The position numbers and the translations under genes were made by a program. A stretch of DNA of 64,000 nt from Candidatus Latescibacterota bacterium (lineage in GTDB: Bacteria; Krumholzibacteriota; Krumholzibacteriia; WVZY01). Where the stretch lies: positions 64,001-128,000 of the forward strand of contig CAWBQK010000007.1 in assembly GCA_963791045.1 (NCBI GenBank). Direction: 5' to 3'. Positions 61,427 through 64,000 of this stretch are shown piece by piece. Position 1 is the stretch's first letter, and each line of letters starts with the position of its first letter. The notes under the pieces are model-generated. The model ran no database searches. It saw nothing but the letters and a program-made list of their open reading frames with translations, and was not told the origin of the DNA.

Positions 61427-63537
61427 GCCCTTCCGCCGAAGTCTCGGTTGTTATCGTCAGTTACAACAGCCGGTCCGTTCTCGGTCCGTGTCTTGAGTCG
61501 CTGAAGGCTCAAGCCTACGCGGGAAAGACCGAAGTTATTGTCGTCGACAACGCGAGCTCCGACGGGACACCGGGGATGGTCAGAGATGAGCACCCATGGG
61601 TCAAGCTGATTGCCGGACGCAAAAACGTCGGATTCTCAAAAGGCGTTAATTTGGGGATCCAGGAGGCGAAAGGCGATTTCTTCCTGATTCTGAACCCGGA
61701 CACGGTGCTGCGTGAAGACTCCCTCGATACGCTTCTCGAATTCATGAAGCAGACCCCCAAGGCGGGGATTGTCGGGCCGAAGCTTGTTTACCACGACGGA
61801 AACCTTCAACACTCGTGCCGGCGATTCTATACATGGAAAGTCCTTGTTCTCCGCCGCACGTTTTTAGGAAAAATCTTCCCGAATTCGTCCGCCGTATCCG
61901 AACACCTCATGAAAGACTTCGACCACAACACCATCAGGGAGGTGGACTGGCTTCTCGGCGCGTGCCTGCTTGTACGCCGGGAGGCGGTAGAATCGGTGGG
62001 TCTTCTCGATGAGAGATTTTTCCTCTATTTTGAAGATGTGGATTGGTGTTACCGGATGGAGCAAAAGGGATGGAAGGTCTACTACAATCCCGATTCGGTG
62101 GTCGTTCACAACTACGCGCGTGATAGCGCGCAATCGGTGATCAACCGGTCTTTTGTAGCGCATCTCGCGAGCCTTATCAGGTACTACGACAAGTGGAACT
62201 CGGTTTTCTATTTCCTCAAGAAATACCGGGAAGTCATAAAGATACTCATGTTTCTGATGGTGGACCTGGCGGCATTCAACCTGGCGTTTATCGCGGCGTA
62301 TTACGTGCGGGTGGCGTTCGGTGATGTTCTGACCAATCCTATCTTTCCGATTGGCGCGTACACGAGATTCGTGTTCTTTGAGAATCTGCTTTTTATATTT
62401 ACCTACTTTGCCATCGGTCTCTACCGGATCCGGCGGGACACGTCGCCGGTCGATGAATTATTCCAGATTATACGCGCGATCGTGCTTGCGTCGATATTGT
62501 TGATGACGAGTACCTACCTCAGCCAGGTTCGTACGTACTCGCGCATGGTTGTGGTGTTTCTCGTCCCTTGCGCTGTGGTGTTCGATTGGATACTGAGAAC
62601 CGCGGTGCGGAAGTTCCACAGAATGCTCCTCACCCAGAAGATCGATCTCAAACGGGTGTGCATCGTCGGTCCCGCTGAAGCGGCGAGGGAACTCGAAGCC
62701 CGCCTGCTGGGCGACCCCGCCCTGGGCATCGACGTGGTCGGTGTCGTGACCCCCGATGAATCCGCGGAGAGGGACGCCGGGAGTCTCGGGTCTCTCGACG
62801 ATCTCGATGAGATTATCGGCGCGTATCGAATACAGGAACTTATTTTTCTCCCCAACGTGGCTTCCGACGACCGCATTGCCGAGTATGTAACGCTGGGGCG
62901 CCGGCGCGTGCTCGACGTGACCGTGCTCACCGACTACTCAGGTCTCGTTATCAGGCAGGCGACGGTGGCCGACCTGGCGGGCCGGCCGGTCATCGCTTAC
63001 CAGCGCGATACACGATATGCGCTCGACCGAATGGCCAAACGATTTCTGGACATACTGTTAGGGCTTGTTTTTCTCGTGGTTTCGATACCGTTCTCTGTGG
63101 TATACTTCCTTTACACTTCTTTGCGGGGTGGGGTGCCCTTTACCGGAGAGAAAAGGCTCGGTTTGGGCGGTGAAGCCTTCGTTCTACCTTTATCTGGCGA
63201 CGGGAGTTCAGACGGCCCCTCTGATATAGTCAATTTACCCCTCTTCTGGTTAGTGATTAAAGGAAAGATGAGTATGGTCGGACCATACGCTTTCCCCGAA
63301 AACGATGTCGGCGCTCTGAGCGAATCGGCAAAATTCCGGTTTGGCGTGCGCCCGGGGGTAACTGGCTACTGGCGTGTTGGGCCGAGCGAGGACGTATCGC
63401 TCGAAGATTTACTTGCCCAGGATGCCAACTACGTGAGGAACTGGTCCCTGGTCCAGGACCTCAAATTATTGATGATGTCGCTGGGGAAAATCTTTTCCGG
63501 AAAAAAGCGGAACCCTGAGCTTAGATACCCCGACTAA
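61378..63537 (+). CDS. Fusion: GT2 (WbbL-like) + WcaJ/WbaP-like membrane region with degenerate phosphoglycosyltransferase domain
   Basis: VDNAS.DG, LNPD, FFLYFEDVDWC; 4 TMs; CoA-binding-like domain; KRFLD...MSMVGP...RPGVTG...YVRNWS. Start uncertain (61378 ATG or 61423 CTG). Confidence 0.82.
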   Translation: METQAGFAFQKRPEELSPSAEVSVVIVSYNSRSVLGPCLESLKAQAYAGKTEVIVVDNASSDGTPGMVRDEHPWVKLIAGRKNVGFSKGVNLGIQEAKGDFFLILNPDTVLREDSLDTLLEFMKQTPKAGIVGPKLVYHDGNLQHSCRRFYTWKVLVLRRTFLGKIFPNSSAVSEHLMKDFDHNTIREVDWLLGACLLVRREAVESVGLLDERFFLYFEDVDWCYRMEQKGWKVYYNPDSVVVHNYARDSAQSVINRSFVAHLASLIRYYDKWNSVFYFLKKYREVIKILMFLMVDLAAFNLAFIAAYYVRVAFGDVLTNPIFPIGAYTRFVFFENLLFIFTYFAIGLYRIRRDTSPVDELFQIIRAIVLASILLMTSTYLSQVRTYSRMVVVFLVPCAVVFDWILRTAVRKFHRMLLTQKIDLKRVCIVGPAEAARELEARLLGDPALGIDVVGVVTPDESAERDAGSLGSLDDLDEIIGAYRIQELIFLPNVASDDRIAEYVTLGRRRVLDVTVLTDYSGLVIRQATVADLAGRPVIAYQRDTRYALDRMAKRFLDILLGLVFLVVSIPFSVVYFLYTSLRGGVPFTGEKRLGLGGEAFVLPLSGDGSSDGPSDIVNLPLFWLVIKGKMSMVGPYAFPENDVGALSESAKFRFGVRPGVTGYWRVGPSEDVSLEDLLAQDANYVRNWSLVQDLKLLMMSLGKIFSGKKRNPELRYPD

Positions 63538-63557
63538 CAACGCGAGAAGCAGAATCT

Positions 63558-64000
63558 ATGAAAACGGAAACCGCCCTCAAGCTTTCCTTTGTGTTCATAT
63601 TCATCTCGATCGTGTTCGGGTCCTTCGGCGTGAGCCCCGCCCAAACGGGCAAGTGGGTGAGCTATGTCGATCCCAGCATGATCTCCGAGATCGCCCTTCA
63701 GCAAGATGAACTATACCTCGCCACCACCGGCGGGTTGTTGATCTATCGTCCCGGCGATTCGTCGTTCGAGCAATTCACCAATACCGCCGGACTGCCGTCA
63801 AATTATCTTACATGCCTCTTGTTCGACAAGGGAGACCGGTTGTGGATCGGGACGGAGACATCCGGTATTGCGAGGCTCGATCAGTCGGCGGGCGGGTTTG
63901 ACGTGACCTCGCTGTCATCGACGTTTCATGGTCTGACCGATGACCGGATCACCGACCTGGCCGAATGGGGCGACACTCTTGTTTACGCGACGAAAATGGG
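63558..64000 (+). CDS. Secreted beta-propeller protein (two-component-regulator-propeller/PorZ-like), truncated by window end
   Basis: Manual translation: signal peptide, then LYLATTGGL, GLPSN, LWIGT, GLTDDRI repeats; open to the window end. Confidence 0.65.
   Translation, partial: MKTETALKLSFVFIFISIVFGSFGVSPAQTGKWVSYVDPSMISEIALQQDELYLATTGGLLIYRPGDSSFEQFTNTAGLPSNYLTCLLFDKGDRLWIGTETSGIARLDQSAGGFDVTSLSSTFHGLTDDRITDLAEWGDTLVYATKM

Overview
A ~57% GC (estimated by eye), gene-dense chromosomal segment of a diderm bacterium. Gene order and content tentatively suggest an FCB-associated lineage such as Krumholzibacteriota/Latescibacterota (inference). Core blocks: mglA(3' end)-pgpA-cinA-thpR-recA-recX-alaS; ispE-spoVG-tRNA-Gln-prs-rplY-pth-rpsF-rpsR-rplI; selA-SPOR protein-smc-ftsY; and an FMN-riboswitch-led ribD-ribE-ribBA-ribH-nusB operon. 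These are interleaved with two surface-glycan loci (7.3-23.5 kb and 49.3-63.5 kb) and an envelope/peptidoglycan cluster (28.6-39.7 kb). No mobile elements, prophage or CRISPR were seen. Several genes, including essential alaS, carry single-base frameshifts most consistent with assembly errors. Most notable: (i) a putative lipid-phospho-sugar-dependent glycosylation locus with a TMEM260/DUF2723-like GT-C plus TPR, a YfhO-like GT-C, two polyprenol-phosphate sugar synthases and a flippase-like protein; (ii) recurrent fusions of intact domains to catalytically eroded ones (WecA + dead PglF-like dehydratase, GT2 + dead WcaJ-type phosphoglycosyltransferase, dead BY-kinase/MinD-like domain + SPOR, active + dead amidase); (iii) a DPPR-synthase-like UbiA next to a DUF362 protein. 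All calls rest on motif recognition by eye; no searches were run.
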